Below the pieces are notes generated by a model. The model did no database searches. It was given only the letters and a program-made list of their open reading frames with translations, and was not told the DNA's origin. From a virus, in IMG/VR virus record IMGVR_UViG_3300007276_000035, positions 1-64,000 of that record: 64,000 nt of DNA. One strand, given 5' to 3'. The translations under genes were made by a program, and so were the position numbers. Positions 1-9,926 of this stretch are shown here, in pieces; the first letter of the stretch is position 1, and each line of letters starts with the position of its first letter.

Positions 1-237
1 GTAGAAACCATGACGGGTGGTGTAGGGACTGGTACAACGACTGGTGTGACTGTTTCAGGTTCAACAGACGACAATACGTTCTCATACGTTTATGTTTATA
101 GTGCTGATATTTCTGTATTTGCGCAAATACATGCCAACACCTGGGTTAATTTGCGTATCGAAAACCTAACATTGAGTAGCACAAACCAATCTATCCCTGT
201 GTCGCAACAGTTTGATCGAAACTACAGCAACCCATAA
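1..237 (+). CDS. 3' end of a virion structural protein (truncated by window start)
   Basis: Open frame from the window edge; Thr/Gly/Ser-rich; lies upstream of structural genes. Confidence 0.55.
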   Translation, partial: VETMTGGVGTGTTTGVTVSGSTDDNTFSYVYVYSADISVFAQIHANTWVNLRIENLTLSSTNQSIPVSQQFDRNYSNP

Positions 238-267
238 CCAATCTGTTTAATTGATTCTACCGTTATC

Positions 268-275
268 GATAAATA
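268..275 (+). promoter_or_regulatory. late-type promoter motif GATAAATA
   Basis: Motif recurs before structural genes; similar to T4 late promoter TATAAATA. Confidence 0.65.
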
Positions 276-311
276 GTATAATATAAGTATGTACGATAAA
301 GGAAAGGTTTT

Positions 312-1685
312 ATGGTTGATAATGTAAGGATCCCGTCGGACGGCGCAGGTAAACGTGTTACCACTAATGTCTATAATGACGGCGCCACAGATTTTCATAC
401 CCAGGTTATTAATGTAGGCGACCGAACAGATCCAAATCTTGCTCAAACAGTAAGTACGGATGGTGCTGCTTGGGTTGAATTTCCTTCTGGTATGCCTGAT
501 TTCAATGCATTCGGTGCATTGATGACCGCCAATTCAGGATTATTAGGTGCTTACAAATTTTATGATGGACCAGTTTCAATTGCATCGATAGTAAACACAA
601 ATACAACTGGCACAGCAAATGTAGCATTTGACTCATCTTCGTTGAGTTACAATATGAGTACTAGTGCCGGAACTGGACATTCAGCGGAAATAGGGTCACA
701 TAAACACTTTGCTTACAAACCAGGAAGCGGTATGCTAAGTTTATTTGTTGTTTCTGCCGATGATCCAGGCAAAATAAACGTAACCAGACAAGTCGGTATT
801 TTCGACGACGACGACGGATTATTTTTTGAATCTACTGACGGACTGATGAATGTGGTAGTAAGAGACTCAACAACTGCAACTGAAACACGCATAGAACAAG
901 ATAGCTGGAACGGCGACAGATTAAACGGTTTAGGAGGCGACAATAATAGAAGTGGTGCCCTTTTAGACTTTAGTAAATTAAATATTTTCTGGGTTAGGTA
1001 TCAATATCTTAGTGCTGGAGCAATAGAATTTGGAACATACATTGATGGCAAAGCTATTGTGCTACATACGATATCTAACTACGGTACTCTTAATGCACCG
1101 TACATGGCCAAATCAAAACTACCAGTCCGTGCTCGTATCGAAAATGTAGGACCTGCAATAGGCACCAGTGATTTTAGGATACATTGTGCGGCAGTATTAA
1201 ACGAAGGATACCCCGAACAAATTTTTAAGCCGTTGTCTATTATTGGACAACGTGTAATTAATACTAGCGACGAAACATATATCTGGGCTGCTCGACCAAG
1301 CCAAACCTGGAACGGAATACCAAATAGAGATGTCTACTTACCCAAAGACCTAAGTATAGTAAGCTCAACAGATGCAATGATAATAAGGGTGTATCACAAC
1401 CCCACCTTAGTAAATGCTACTTATCCAAATTCAGCACTGGGTGTTGAATGGGACACTAACAGTAATACTACACTTAGTGGTGGTTCAGTAATTTTTAGTA
1501 CAGTGGTTGGCGTCGGTCATGCTCTAGTTCATCAATTATCATTATTACTTGACCAAGGCACACAAGGTTACACAAGACACTACAATATAGCTGAGACTGA
1601 CGTATTAGCAATAACAGCAGAACGGTTAACTACAAATGGCAATTCTACGGTATGTGTAACATCGACCATACACCAGCAAGGATAA
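312..1685 (+). CDS. virion structural protein, beta-rich, lectin/concanavalin-like
   Basis: 457 aa, beta-strand-rich, YKPG...GIFDDDDGLFFE and IFWVRYQYL segments; follows late motif. Confidence 0.55.
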   Translation: MVDNVRIPSDGAGKRVTTNVYNDGATDFHTQVINVGDRTDPNLAQTVSTDGAAWVEFPSGMPDFNAFGALMTANSGLLGAYKFYDGPVSIASIVNTNTTGTANVAFDSSSLSYNMSTSAGTGHSAEIGSHKHFAYKPGSGMLSLFVVSADDPGKINVTRQVGIFDDDDGLFFESTDGLMNVVVRDSTTATETRIEQDSWNGDRLNGLGGDNNRSGALLDFSKLNIFWVRYQYLSAGAIEFGTYIDGKAIVLHTISNYGTLNAPYMAKSKLPVRARIENVGPAIGTSDFRIHCAAVLNEGYPEQIFKPLSIIGQRVINTSDETYIWAARPSQTWNGIPNRDVYLPKDLSIVSSTDAMIIRVYHNPTLVNATYPNSALGVEWDTNSNTTLSGGSVIFSTVVGVGHALVHQLSLLLDQGTQGYTRHYNIAETDVLAITAERLTTNGNSTVCVTSTIHQQG

Positions 1686-1688
1686 TGA

Positions 1689-3368
1689 ATGCTTGCATTA
1701 GGCTTCGGATTTTTTGAGCTTTGGGAACTTAACCAGAAAGTAAGTTTTGACCCCCTTCAACGACTAATTGTTGTTAACGACGGAGTAACCGACATAGATA
1801 TCAAAATAGATATCTATTCTAACTGGAAAGAATGGATACAATTATCTGACTATACTGGACAAGCGCCGCCAGCAATTAGACCAATTGGTGGTGACCCCAC
1901 AGGCCCTGGACAACGAGCTGGTGAAATTTACTTCTTAATTAATGACTGGAAATTAGTAATTGACTTTAATCAAACTAGAGTCAACGGAGTATTGTTGTCA
2001 GACGATTTTGATACTGCGTACTGGTTCGACCCAGTCGGTATATTAGAAAGGGACGACTTACTACCTTTTTACCCTGCAACAGTTAGTAACCTGGTAACAA
2101 CAATCGAGGTAACAGCAGAACTACAAAAATCACTTGACTATTCCGGCACTATAATAGTTGACACTACTCTAGAATTTTCGGGATCTGTTTTTCCATTCGG
2201 AACAAGAGCAAAACCAGTTAACAATATAAACGATGCAATTATACTAGCGGAAGAATACAACATTAGTGACATACGCTTAATTAGAGGCGATTTGACTATT
2301 GACACTGACGTAAGCTACTATCAAATTACCGCAGACAGCAGTGAACAAAAAGTAACTCTATTGGCAAATTCTACACTAACAGATGCTACGTTTATTAATA
2401 TGTCGTTAGAAGGGGAGGTAAACGGTTACAACATTCACGCAGATCAAGTAAAGTTGATTGATGTAAGTAATATAGCTGGAGACGTTAGATTCACTGGATA
2501 TGCTGGCAATATACTATTAGCTCCAAATGCATCTTTTGTATCTACAAACAGTTACTCTCTAAAGAGTGGTAACGAAACACCGTTTATTGTATTCAACGGA
2601 GACAACGATGTTTCTATACGATCATATTCTGGGGGATTACGAGTTCAAAATTTAACAGGAAATTCGTCCGCTACATTTGAATTTATTGCAGGCAAAATAT
2701 TTTTAGATAATACTGATGTTGGTGGCACAGCAAGTGTTCGAGGAACAGTGTTACTTACTGATAGCAGTGCTGGAACAGTAGTTGATACAACAGCTACCGT
2801 CACAGACCTTACTATACAAGACCTAAGCAATGTTGACTTGAGTAACGCGAACATTATAGTTAATGCGCCTACAGCCGTAGAAATTAGACAAGAGATAGAA
2901 CAAAACAGTACTCAGTTAGCAAATATTAGCACAACAACCGTAGACACTAATATTATTGTACAAGGAATAGATAGTAACTTAATTATAGTAGATAATACTG
3001 TCGATAATATCAACAATACAGTCAGCACGATTGACACCAATGTCAATGATATAGAGACTACCGTTAATAGTATTAGTTCAGAATTATCATTAGTAGCAGG
3101 TGATGTAACTAACATAGATTCGAATATTACTGTACTATCGCAAGAAATAGATAGTATTAATTCAAATATTATTAACATCGAAAATATTATTTCGTCGAGT
3201 GGAGGAGGTTTAACACCTACACAAGCTACTATGTTGTTAGAGATGTATGAGTTACTAGGTCTAGATCCAACCAAGCCACTAGTTGTAACTGAGACTGCAC
3301 GAGACGCAGGCAACATTAGCCAGACTATTGACACCAACAACACTAGAACAATAGTAACAAGAAACTAA
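1689..3368 (+). CDS. virion structural protein with beta-helix-like core and C-terminal heptad coiled coil
   Basis: 559 aa; I/V-x-x-I-D-x-N heptads near the C-terminus. Confidence 0.55.
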   Translation: MLALGFGFFELWELNQKVSFDPLQRLIVVNDGVTDIDIKIDIYSNWKEWIQLSDYTGQAPPAIRPIGGDPTGPGQRAGEIYFLINDWKLVIDFNQTRVNGVLLSDDFDTAYWFDPVGILERDDLLPFYPATVSNLVTTIEVTAELQKSLDYSGTIIVDTTLEFSGSVFPFGTRAKPVNNINDAIILAEEYNISDIRLIRGDLTIDTDVSYYQITADSSEQKVTLLANSTLTDATFINMSLEGEVNGYNIHADQVKLIDVSNIAGDVRFTGYAGNILLAPNASFVSTNSYSLKSGNETPFIVFNGDNDVSIRSYSGGLRVQNLTGNSSATFEFIAGKIFLDNTDVGGTASVRGTVLLTDSSAGTVVDTTATVTDLTIQDLSNVDLSNANIIVNAPTAVEIRQEIEQNSTQLANISTTTVDTNIIVQGIDSNLIIVDNTVDNINNTVSTIDTNVNDIETTVNSISSELSLVAGDVTNIDSNITVLSQEIDSINSNIINIENIISSSGGGLTPTQATMLLEMYELLGLDPTKPLVVTETARDAGNISQTIDTNNTRTIVTRN

Positions 3369-3369
3369 C

Positions 3370-3738
3370 ATGGCGTTTGATCACAAAAATTTTGCGACAC
3401 ACGGACTCTATCCTGGATTAGTCACCACTCGTAGCGTGGCTAACCTAGGCCACTTCAAACTTGAAGTAATAATAGAGAAACTACCACGCGGAGGCCCTGG
3501 TACAGCGGGAGGCGCGGTACGGACACGCGGTCGACCTGAAAAAGATAAATATAAAGTAACAATGCGAGTTATGTATAAGACTCGTGTTTGGGAATATGAA
3601 AGAGTAGTTAGCCATATTGCAGCTAGCGTAACAGCCAAACTAATAGGCAAACCTCTTCCAGAAGACCCAAGTGTAACAGTATATAGTGTTATAGAAAAGG
3701 AAAATGAAGATCCTAACATTGAGGTTTATAAGAAATGA
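3370..3738 (+). CDS. hypothetical protein
   Basis: 122 aa ORF tightly coupled within the operon. Confidence 0.6.
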   Translation: MAFDHKNFATHGLYPGLVTTRSVANLGHFKLEVIIEKLPRGGPGTAGGAVRTRGRPEKDKYKVTMRVMYKTRVWEYERVVSHIAASVTAKLIGKPLPEDPSVTVYSVIEKENEDPNIEVYKK

Positions 3739-4349
3739 GTATTGCTAAGCTGAAACTAGACGAGTCAACTAAATTAGAATTTGGTGTGGCCATCACAGGT
3801 GCAGAAAGCAGACCTATTACACGGTTTGTTATCGAAGGTGAAAAGTATTCTATTACTTTCCCTTGCCGCCCAGTTGGAGACGGCATTGAAGTTGATGTCG
3901 GCGAGCTAGATAACATATTTGAAGCAGGTGAATATCCTGTACGTCTAGAAGTTATAATTGAGGATAAAGTATATATTCCTTTCGAAGACACTATTACACT
4001 GGAGCCAAACGTACACATTACTACTAAGCCAAAGGAAACTAAAGTTCGTGAAAGCGTTAAAGTAGAACAAGTTGTTGTTAAAGCAAGTAAAGCAGCACCA
4101 CGTCCAGAACCAAAGACCCAGCTTACTGAAGCAGAGGTTAAGAAGCAGCGTAAGCTAGCAACACTTATTGCTGAGACTACTAACTACAAGTTCGTTGAAG
4201 GGCAAACAAACCGTCAGATCATTGAAGAATCACTGCATTCTTGCAAAGCACTTCCACAAGAGAAGCACAAGCTATTGATTGATATGCTTAAAGCAGCAAA
4301 AAGCGCAGATATTACCTTTAGCACAAAAGTTATACCAACTTCCCTGTAA
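3735..4349 (+). CDS. hypothetical protein, possibly structural
   Basis: 204 aa, overlaps the upstream stop codon. Confidence 0.6.
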   Translation: MSIAKLKLDESTKLEFGVAITGAESRPITRFVIEGEKYSITFPCRPVGDGIEVDVGELDNIFEAGEYPVRLEVIIEDKVYIPFEDTITLEPNVHITTKPKETKVRESVKVEQVVVKASKAAPRPEPKTQLTEAEVKKQRKLATLIAETTNYKFVEGQTNRQIIEESLHSCKALPQEKHKLLIDMLKAAKSADITFSTKVIPTSL

Positions 4350-4354
4350 AACAC

Positions 4355-4383
4355 TTGACTTAATACACGTACTGTTATATAAT
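4355..4383 (+). promoter_or_regulatory. sigma70-like promoter
   Basis: TTGACT-17 bp-TATAAT. Confidence 0.75.
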
Positions 4384-4413
4384 AGCAGTACATGTATAGG
4401 GTAATATATCATA

Positions 4414-5022
4414 ATGAGTAATACTTACGCCATTTCAGATACCCATTGGGGGCATCAAAACATTCGTCATTATCGTACTAAATTTACGAGTATCGAAGAG
4501 CATGACGGATTTATCATGGACAACATCTTGCGCACTGTGGGCAAGCGCGACATATTATGGCTATTAGGTGACTGTTTCTTTGATGAGGCAGCACTAGTTA
4601 ATTTAATTGCAATAAACAAAAGATGCCAAGCAGTGCATTTTATTCCAGGCAACCACGACACTGATACAAAAGAACGTCAAGAAGTACTGCGTAAAATTGT
4701 CAAGGACAATATGGTTAGCAAGTTTGGTAGCATGATGACAGCATCGGGGTTTTGGTTAACCCATCCTCCTATGCACCCGCGCGAGTTATATGGCAAGGTA
4801 AACGTACATGGCCACGTGCATGTCAAAACTGTCCCTGACACCAACTATATCAATGTGTCTTGCGAAAATGTACGCTATACCCCAGTTAACTTGAACGCAC
4901 TAAAAGACCCTAACAACTGTAAGGACTTACTGGTACATTATGGCCCTTATGAACATATATGCGATGATTATAGGGACGGGACTGGTATTAGGTGCCTATT
5001 GTGCGAAAATCGCAAGGAATAA
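4414..5022 (+). CDS. calcineurin-like metallophosphoesterase
   Basis: SDTHWGH, LGD, PGNHD, HGHVH motifs. Confidence 0.85.
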   Translation: MSNTYAISDTHWGHQNIRHYRTKFTSIEEHDGFIMDNILRTVGKRDILWLLGDCFFDEAALVNLIAINKRCQAVHFIPGNHDTDTKERQEVLRKIVKDNMVSKFGSMMTASGFWLTHPPMHPRELYGKVNVHGHVHVKTVPDTNYINVSCENVRYTPVNLNALKDPNNCKDLLVHYGPYEHICDDYRDGTGIRCLLCENRKE

Positions 5023-5023
5023 C

Positions 5024-5191
5024 GTAAGTCATTGATTTATAAGGAAAAAAATATCCAATAAAATCAATGACTTACAAAATCTGGCGATTTTACCCTAAAT
5101 TATTTTAAAACTCCAATAAAATCAATAACTTACATGGTTGACACATACCGTTATGGTGTTATTATATACATGTAGGTTAAATAACGGAGTA
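5024..5191 (+). repeat. repeated promoter module, copy 1: three IHF-consensus sites, sigma70 promoter and RBS
   Basis: 15-bp inverted repeat 5024-5038/5061-5075, third site 5119-5133, TTGACA 5138, TATTAT 5160; near-identical to 40931-41098. Confidence 0.85.
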
Positions 5192-5197
5192 AAGAAC

Positions 5198-5683
5198 ATG
5201 AAGATAGTAGTTGAGACGCAACACCGCGAGAACTATGGCGCCCATGATTGGGACGGTACTGGTGAGTGCCCACAGCACTGGAAGTGCAAGGGCGGCTCCA
5301 CCTACGTTATCAATAACGTCTCGATTGCTCAAAGCCTGGATACCCAGTTTTGGGATACCATCCGCAACACCATTCATAAAGTCGATGACTACTTCGAGGA
5401 GTACATCGTTGGTTTAGAACTAGTTGACGATGTCGACTACAAGCCCAACCACGAGCACTGGGACCAGCCTTATGTCTGCGATGACATTGCTACCGGCATC
5501 TTCCGCAAGACTGAGGTTGGCGGTTGTAATGAGCCTGTTCAAGCCTCGCGCAGGACACTGGCCATGGAAGATGGTAATTTGCAGCCCCAGGGCGTCGAGT
5601 ACATGATCGACGATGTATGGGTTAGCTACAGCGAAGGATGCGAAGCAGTAGAAGCATACCGACGCGCACAGGAGGCAGCGTAA
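5198..5683 (+). CDS. early hypothetical protein (start moved to ATG 5198)
   Basis: GGAG RBS at about 5186; the listed start at 5138 falls inside the -35 box. Confidence 0.7.
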   Translation: MKIVVETQHRENYGAHDWDGTGECPQHWKCKGGSTYVINNVSIAQSLDTQFWDTIRNTIHKVDDYFEEYIVGLELVDDVDYKPNHEHWDQPYVCDDIATGIFRKTEVGGCNEPVQASRRTLAMEDGNLQPQGVEYMIDDVWVSYSEGCEAVEAYRRAQEAA

Positions 5684-5684
5684 C

Positions 5685-6236
5685 ATGGCTATCGTAACTA
5701 AAGAATATATCGAGAACTATTGTACAACCAAGACTCCAGAGCAAGTTGCTCAGTTTGTTGGTCGCGCCTTGGTTGTTATCTTCAATAATCAAACAGCAGA
5801 CGAGAAGGCTGCTAGTACGACCAACGTTGATAATGGCATTGGTTTCACAGGCGCTGATGCCCATTCGGGCTGCATCACAGCCAAAACATTCCTCAAGCGC
5901 GGTGCCTTGCTGGATTGGCAAGTAGAGCGCTGGACCAAGCGCAACAAGAAGGGCACTATGCGCATCGCCAAATACCACAAACAGCTTAACGAAGCAGCTG
6001 AGCGTAAGGCTGTTAAGGCTACCCCGAGGTCATGGGAGCAGGTCAACAAAGCAATAAGCGATGTTAATTGGTCCAAATTGGATATGTCTACAGTTGAGCG
6101 TAACATGAAGAACGCCTTTGCAGAACACGAGCGTAAGCAAGAAGAACGGGCGTTTATGAACAAAGAAATAGTCCGCTCTAATGCTACAACGTACCGCCGA
6201 GCAATACGCAGCAATGCTGATCGGAGGAGCTTGTAA
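5685..6236 (+). CDS. early hypothetical phage protein
   Basis: 183 aa, QTADEK...NGIGFTGADA motif; coupled to neighbours. Confidence 0.7.
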   Translation: MAIVTKEYIENYCTTKTPEQVAQFVGRALVVIFNNQTADEKAASTTNVDNGIGFTGADAHSGCITAKTFLKRGALLDWQVERWTKRNKKGTMRIAKYHKQLNEAAERKAVKATPRSWEQVNKAISDVNWSKLDMSTVERNMKNAFAEHERKQEERAFMNKEIVRSNATTYRRAIRSNADRRSL

Positions 6237-6421
6237 TGTATAGGGAAGATCAGTGTGAAAATCCAAATGCTCATGCTAGGTATACGTCGGGATCATGTTT
6301 AATGTGCGCTATGGACCGACTACGAGCAGAAGTATTCCGGCTTGACGAAGTGATTCTTGAGTACAAAAAAGATATAGGAACCTTATCTAAGGCAAGCGAG
6401 ACAAGATATTGGAAGCATTAA
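6236..6421 (+). CDS. small hypothetical protein
   Basis: TAATG coupling; Cys pairs. Confidence 0.45.
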   Translation: MYREDQCENPNAHARYTSGSCLMCAMDRLRAEVFRLDEVILEYKKDIGTLSKASETRYWKH

Positions 6422-6437
6422 TCTTTAAAGATTATAA

Positions 6438-6471
6438 GGCAGCAACATAATGATTGTGTTGCTGTTTTTTT
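6438..6471 (+). terminator. intrinsic terminator
   Basis: GGCAGCAACATAA/TTGTGTTGCTGTT stem followed by a T run. Confidence 0.6.
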
Positions 6472-6629
6472 ATATCTTATGTGCCTCGTATACGTTCTAT
6501 AACGGGCAAGATCTGTTTAATGACAAGTGGTATTATTTGTTGATGTGGGCTGGGGCATGTTGCTTCTGGCCCATTCTTCTAGGGATCAAACTGCATCGGA
6601 ACTATAAATAATAAAATAAGGAGACACTT

Positions 6630-6860
6630 ATGGCAAACGATTACAGCGAATGGAGTCGAGAAGCACTTTACATGGGGATAGAAACTCGTGATGCTCGTAT
6701 AAAACAACTAGAAGATAACGAAGCTATTGTTAGCGGTATAGTGCAGAACTTAGTGCAGCATAAACTTGATTGTGCAATCGAAATGACATCAACTGAAGCA
6801 ACCCGTTTATCTAGGACCATTGCGGAACTAGAAGAACACTTCGGTACACAAAAGGACTAA
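6630..6860 (+). CDS. hypothetical coiled-coil protein
   Basis: AGGAG RBS; TATAAATA at 6603. Confidence 0.6.
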   Translation: MANDYSEWSREALYMGIETRDARIKQLEDNEAIVSGIVQNLVQHKLDCAIEMTSTEATRLSRTIAELEEHFGTQKD

Positions 6861-6864
6861 TAAC

Positions 6865-7122
6865 ATGTTTGATAATAAAAAAATTAGAATAGACAGCGTT
6901 GATATAGGAAATATCGGAGACGTAGTTGCATTCAAGATATTCACTAGTGAAGGCGACATGCATCTTAATATGTCTACAGACTCTGCTAAAAGTATGATTA
7001 GTCTACTAGAAAACACAGTAGCAAAAATAGAAACAGGCGACTATCTTAGCGAAGAAATTGTGGATACTCGCAAAGAAATTCTAGACACAGACATCCTGGA
7101 TGCTGGCGAAGCACCGGAATAA
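6865..7122 (+). CDS. hypothetical protein
   Basis: 85 aa ORF in operon. Confidence 0.55.
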   Translation: MFDNKKIRIDSVDIGNIGDVVAFKIFTSEGDMHLNMSTDSAKSMISLLENTVAKIETGDYLSEEIVDTRKEILDTDILDAGEAPE

Positions 7123-7126
7123 TTTA

Positions 7127-7696
7127 ATGAAAATTGATTTTGACGTTGACATAGACATGAAAGATCGGGATGCTTTTTTAAAAAAACTCCCGCATGTGGT
7201 CGGCTCAGTCAAAAAAGACGGTGTCTACACCAAACACAACACTGGTGTATATTTTCAAGCATTACCTAAATTTGCCCTTGAGGATATAGCTGCGATTGAT
7301 CATAAGGAAGCTGCCGACTTGGGCTACTTTAAAGTGGACTTTCTTAATAACAGTGTATATAGTGAAGTCCGAGATATGGAACACTTAGCAAAGCTAGCTA
7401 ACACTGAACCTATGTGGGAGTTACTAGAGCACGAAGACATTGTAAAGCACTTGTATCATATTTCTAATTATGCAGACTTGGTTGCTAGCTACAAGCCTAA
7501 GTCTATACTAGAATTAGCATACTTACTTGCTATAATACGTCCAGCGAAAAGACATTTGCAAGGCAAATCCTGGCAAGAAATATCCGAAACAGTTTGGGAA
7601 AAACCCGCAGACGGTAGTTACTATTTTAAGAAAGCTCACGCTGTCGCATTCGCAACAGCAATCGTTGTTCAACTAAATTTGTTGTGCGAAGACTAA
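7127..7696 (+). CDS. minimal DNA polymerase III alpha (DnaE)-like protein
   Basis: DVDID, KHNTGVY, GYFKVDFL, AIIRP, YYFKKAHA motifs of family C polymerases; start moved to 7127. Confidence 0.75.
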   Translation: MKIDFDVDIDMKDRDAFLKKLPHVVGSVKKDGVYTKHNTGVYFQALPKFALEDIAAIDHKEAADLGYFKVDFLNNSVYSEVRDMEHLAKLANTEPMWELLEHEDIVKHLYHISNYADLVASYKPKSILELAYLLAIIRPAKRHLQGKSWQEISETVWEKPADGSYYFKKAHAVAFATAIVVQLNLLCED

Positions 7697-8055
7697 TCAG
7701 TCCTACGAACTAACTGTATACTTCTTCTTTTTATTCTTTTCTTTAACAAGTTCTGTAAACTTGTCACTGGGCCAAATAAAATTTCAACATCCTTCATCGA
7801 GAAAGTTTTGATATAAGGTCTAAATAGTTGCATCTCATGATGGAGAAATACATCAACAGGCAACTGTCTATTACTTTCCCACCACCACAATTCACCGAGC
7901 TCCAAAAATTCCTGTTTTAGTTGTACAGTAGGTATAGCATCTACATCGTAAAATGTGAGTATATAGTTATCCTGGTTGACAACTATCCCCACGTATTCTT
8001 TTGATGCGTACTGTATTCCTGTTAGGAACTCTAGATTTAAATATTCATTATTCAT
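7693..8055 (-). CDS. hypothetical protein
   Basis: 120 aa, WWWESNR motif; minus-strand late motif at 8065-8072. Confidence 0.7.
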   Translation of the reverse strand: MNNEYLNLEFLTGIQYASKEYVGIVVNQDNYILTFYDVDAIPTVQLKQEFLELGELWWWESNRQLPVDVFLHHEMQLFRPYIKTFSMKDVEILFGPVTSLQNLLKKRIKRRSIQLVRRTD

Positions 8056-8064
8056 TTGTAATGA

Positions 8065-8085
8065 TATTTATCCTTTTGATAAATA
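8065..8085. promoter_or_regulatory. back-to-back late promoter motifs
   Basis: TATTTATC 8065-8072 and GATAAATA 8078-8085 between divergent genes. Confidence 0.7.
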
Positions 8086-8090
8086 CTAAT

Positions 8091-8906
8091 ATGAGCAATA
8101 ACGATAATAGACTATACTGGTATGAGGAAGAACGAGAATTAGTTATTACTAGAGATTGTATATATGTGGACAACAGACCTATGAATAATAGAAACTTAAA
8201 AGCGCACCGAGGATTAACTAACGAAATTCTGTTTACAGTTAAGGACAGAGACCGCAAGCTGCAAAACATGTTTGCTTATGAGCTGTATGCAAACCTAATA
8301 GATCCTAGCACCAAAAAGCGTATTCTTTCAAGGCAGTTGGACCACACTCTTGATCTAGGTAAAGCAAAGTTAACTTTAACTGAAGCAGACTTAGCTAATA
8401 TTACACCCGGACGTTACCACATCTATATATCACGCAAAGATGACAACGTCAACAGTTTAGCCCTATACAAAGATCAAGACAACAATGTTCGTTTTGATAT
8501 TGAGATAACAGACCAAGTTGGATTAGAACCAATTGAAACGCAAACAGTATTAGTATCAGATATAGTTATTACCTCACAAGGACTTGAACTTGTTGGAGTA
8601 ACACCAGCAATGACAGGTAACTTGTGTAGGAATTTTATAAATGCGCAGCATACTATACACATATCACTGCTAGGGTATGCCGGTATAATTAATGTGCAAG
8701 CTAGCGGATTAGAAAGTGTGCCAGACCAAGATCATAATAGTACAGATTGGTATACGGTATCAACTATCGACTTAACTGATACTGCTACCACTGGTGACGT
8801 AGTTAGAACTTTCCAAGCTAATTGCAATTGGGTTCGCGTAGTGTTTATTGTTGATCAAGACGATATATCTGGCCCAGGAATTTCGGCAGTAAAACTTCGC
8901 AATTAA
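8091..8906 (+). CDS. virion structural protein, baseplate/BppU-like Ig fold (start moved to 8091)
   Basis: ILFTVKDRDRK...GKAKLTLTEADL...PGRY pattern; late motif 5 nt upstream. Confidence 0.55.
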   Translation: MSNNDNRLYWYEEERELVITRDCIYVDNRPMNNRNLKAHRGLTNEILFTVKDRDRKLQNMFAYELYANLIDPSTKKRILSRQLDHTLDLGKAKLTLTEADLANITPGRYHIYISRKDDNVNSLALYKDQDNNVRFDIEITDQVGLEPIETQTVLVSDIVITSQGLELVGVTPAMTGNLCRNFINAQHTIHISLLGYAGIINVQASGLESVPDQDHNSTDWYTVSTIDLTDTATTGDVVRTFQANCNWVRVVFIVDQDDISGPGISAVKLRN

Positions 8907-8907
8907 C

Positions 8908-8936
8908 TTGACTTGTAGTACCTCTCGTGCTATAAT
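8908..8936 (+). promoter_or_regulatory. sigma70-like promoter, leaderless start
   Basis: TTGACT-17-TATAAT; ATG 6 nt downstream. Confidence 0.75.
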
Positions 8937-8942
8937 ATATCA

Positions 8943-9926
8943 ATGGATAAAATAATAAGTTCGGTACACGAACTAATACTAGATCACCTACCTTTACGTA
9001 CTACACGCTCTCCGAAGGGATGGATTACGTTTGACTGTCCTATATGTAGTGATAACAGGAAACGCGGTGGACTAATAACCAATGGTGCTAAAATTAGCTA
9101 TCATTGTTTTAATTGTAATTTCCGTACGGGCTGGAATGCTACTTCTTATTTAGGAAAAAAGTACTCGCAACTTGCCTTGGCCCTAGGCGCAGAGCTTCCT
9201 GAAATACATAAGGTGAAACTCGATCTACTAAAATACCAAGACCTGTTCGAAGAAGAAAACGATTTTAGTGATTTTACTTACGCCCATACTAAGTTTGAGC
9301 CACAAGATTTACCCGACAACGCTATTAAACTAGCTGACTTAGATGATGATCATGAATTAGTGCAGTACTGTAAGCAGCGAGGAGTATACGGGCTATATCC
9401 GTTTTATCATTTTCCGGATACATTCAATAAGCGCAGATTAATAATACCATTCATTGTAAACGGTGTAATAGTAGGGTGGACTGGCAGACATATAGCTCCT
9501 CCAGACAAAAGCACTCCTAAGTATTTTCATGTTAATCTACCAAACGGCTTTGTGTTTAACATGGATAAGTTTGTAGAAACAGAACGAGACATAGTGGTTG
9601 TAACTGAAGGAGTGCTTGATGCTCTGAGTATAGACGGTGTTGCAGTACTAGGAAATACAATTACACCTGAGCAAGCATTGTTGATATCTAAGTTAGGCAA
9701 AAGAATAATACTTGCACCAGATTTAGAAAAGTCTGGTGCTGAATTAATTAATCAAGCAATAGTACTAGACTGGGAAGTAAGTTTCCCACCCTGGGAAAAT
9801 AATATAAAAGATGCTAACCAAGCAGCAGCCACATATGGCCGTGTCGCTACATTAGCAAGCATAATTAGTAATGCAACAAATAATAAAACAAAAATAGAAG
9901 TAATGTCGAGGCTACTTAATGAGTGA
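8943..9926 (+). CDS. DNA primase (zinc finger + TOPRIM)
   Basis: CPIC...HCFNC, GWTGR, PKY, VTEGVLDA, PD/KDAN motifs. Confidence 0.88.
   Translation: MDKIISSVHELILDHLPLRTTRSPKGWITFDCPICSDNRKRGGLITNGAKISYHCFNCNFRTGWNATSYLGKKYSQLALALGAELPEIHKVKLDLLKYQDLFEEENDFSDFTYAHTKFEPQDLPDNAIKLADLDDDHELVQYCKQRGVYGLYPFYHFPDTFNKRRLIIPFIVNGVIVGWTGRHIAPPDKSTPKYFHVNLPNGFVFNMDKFVETERDIVVVTEGVLDALSIDGVAVLGNTITPEQALLISKLGKRIILAPDLEKSGAELINQAIVLDWEVSFPPWENNIKDANQAAATYGRVATLASIISNATNNKTKIEVMSRLLNE

Noticed and set aside
5024-5133. CRISPR array or prophage att site
   Set aside because: Only 2-3 short motifs per locus in mixed orientation, fixed to promoters; no repeat-spacer periodicity, cas operon or integrase
6450-6611. 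53-aa hydrophobic ORF
   Set aside because: Start lies inside a terminator hairpin with a weak RBS; possible but unsupported
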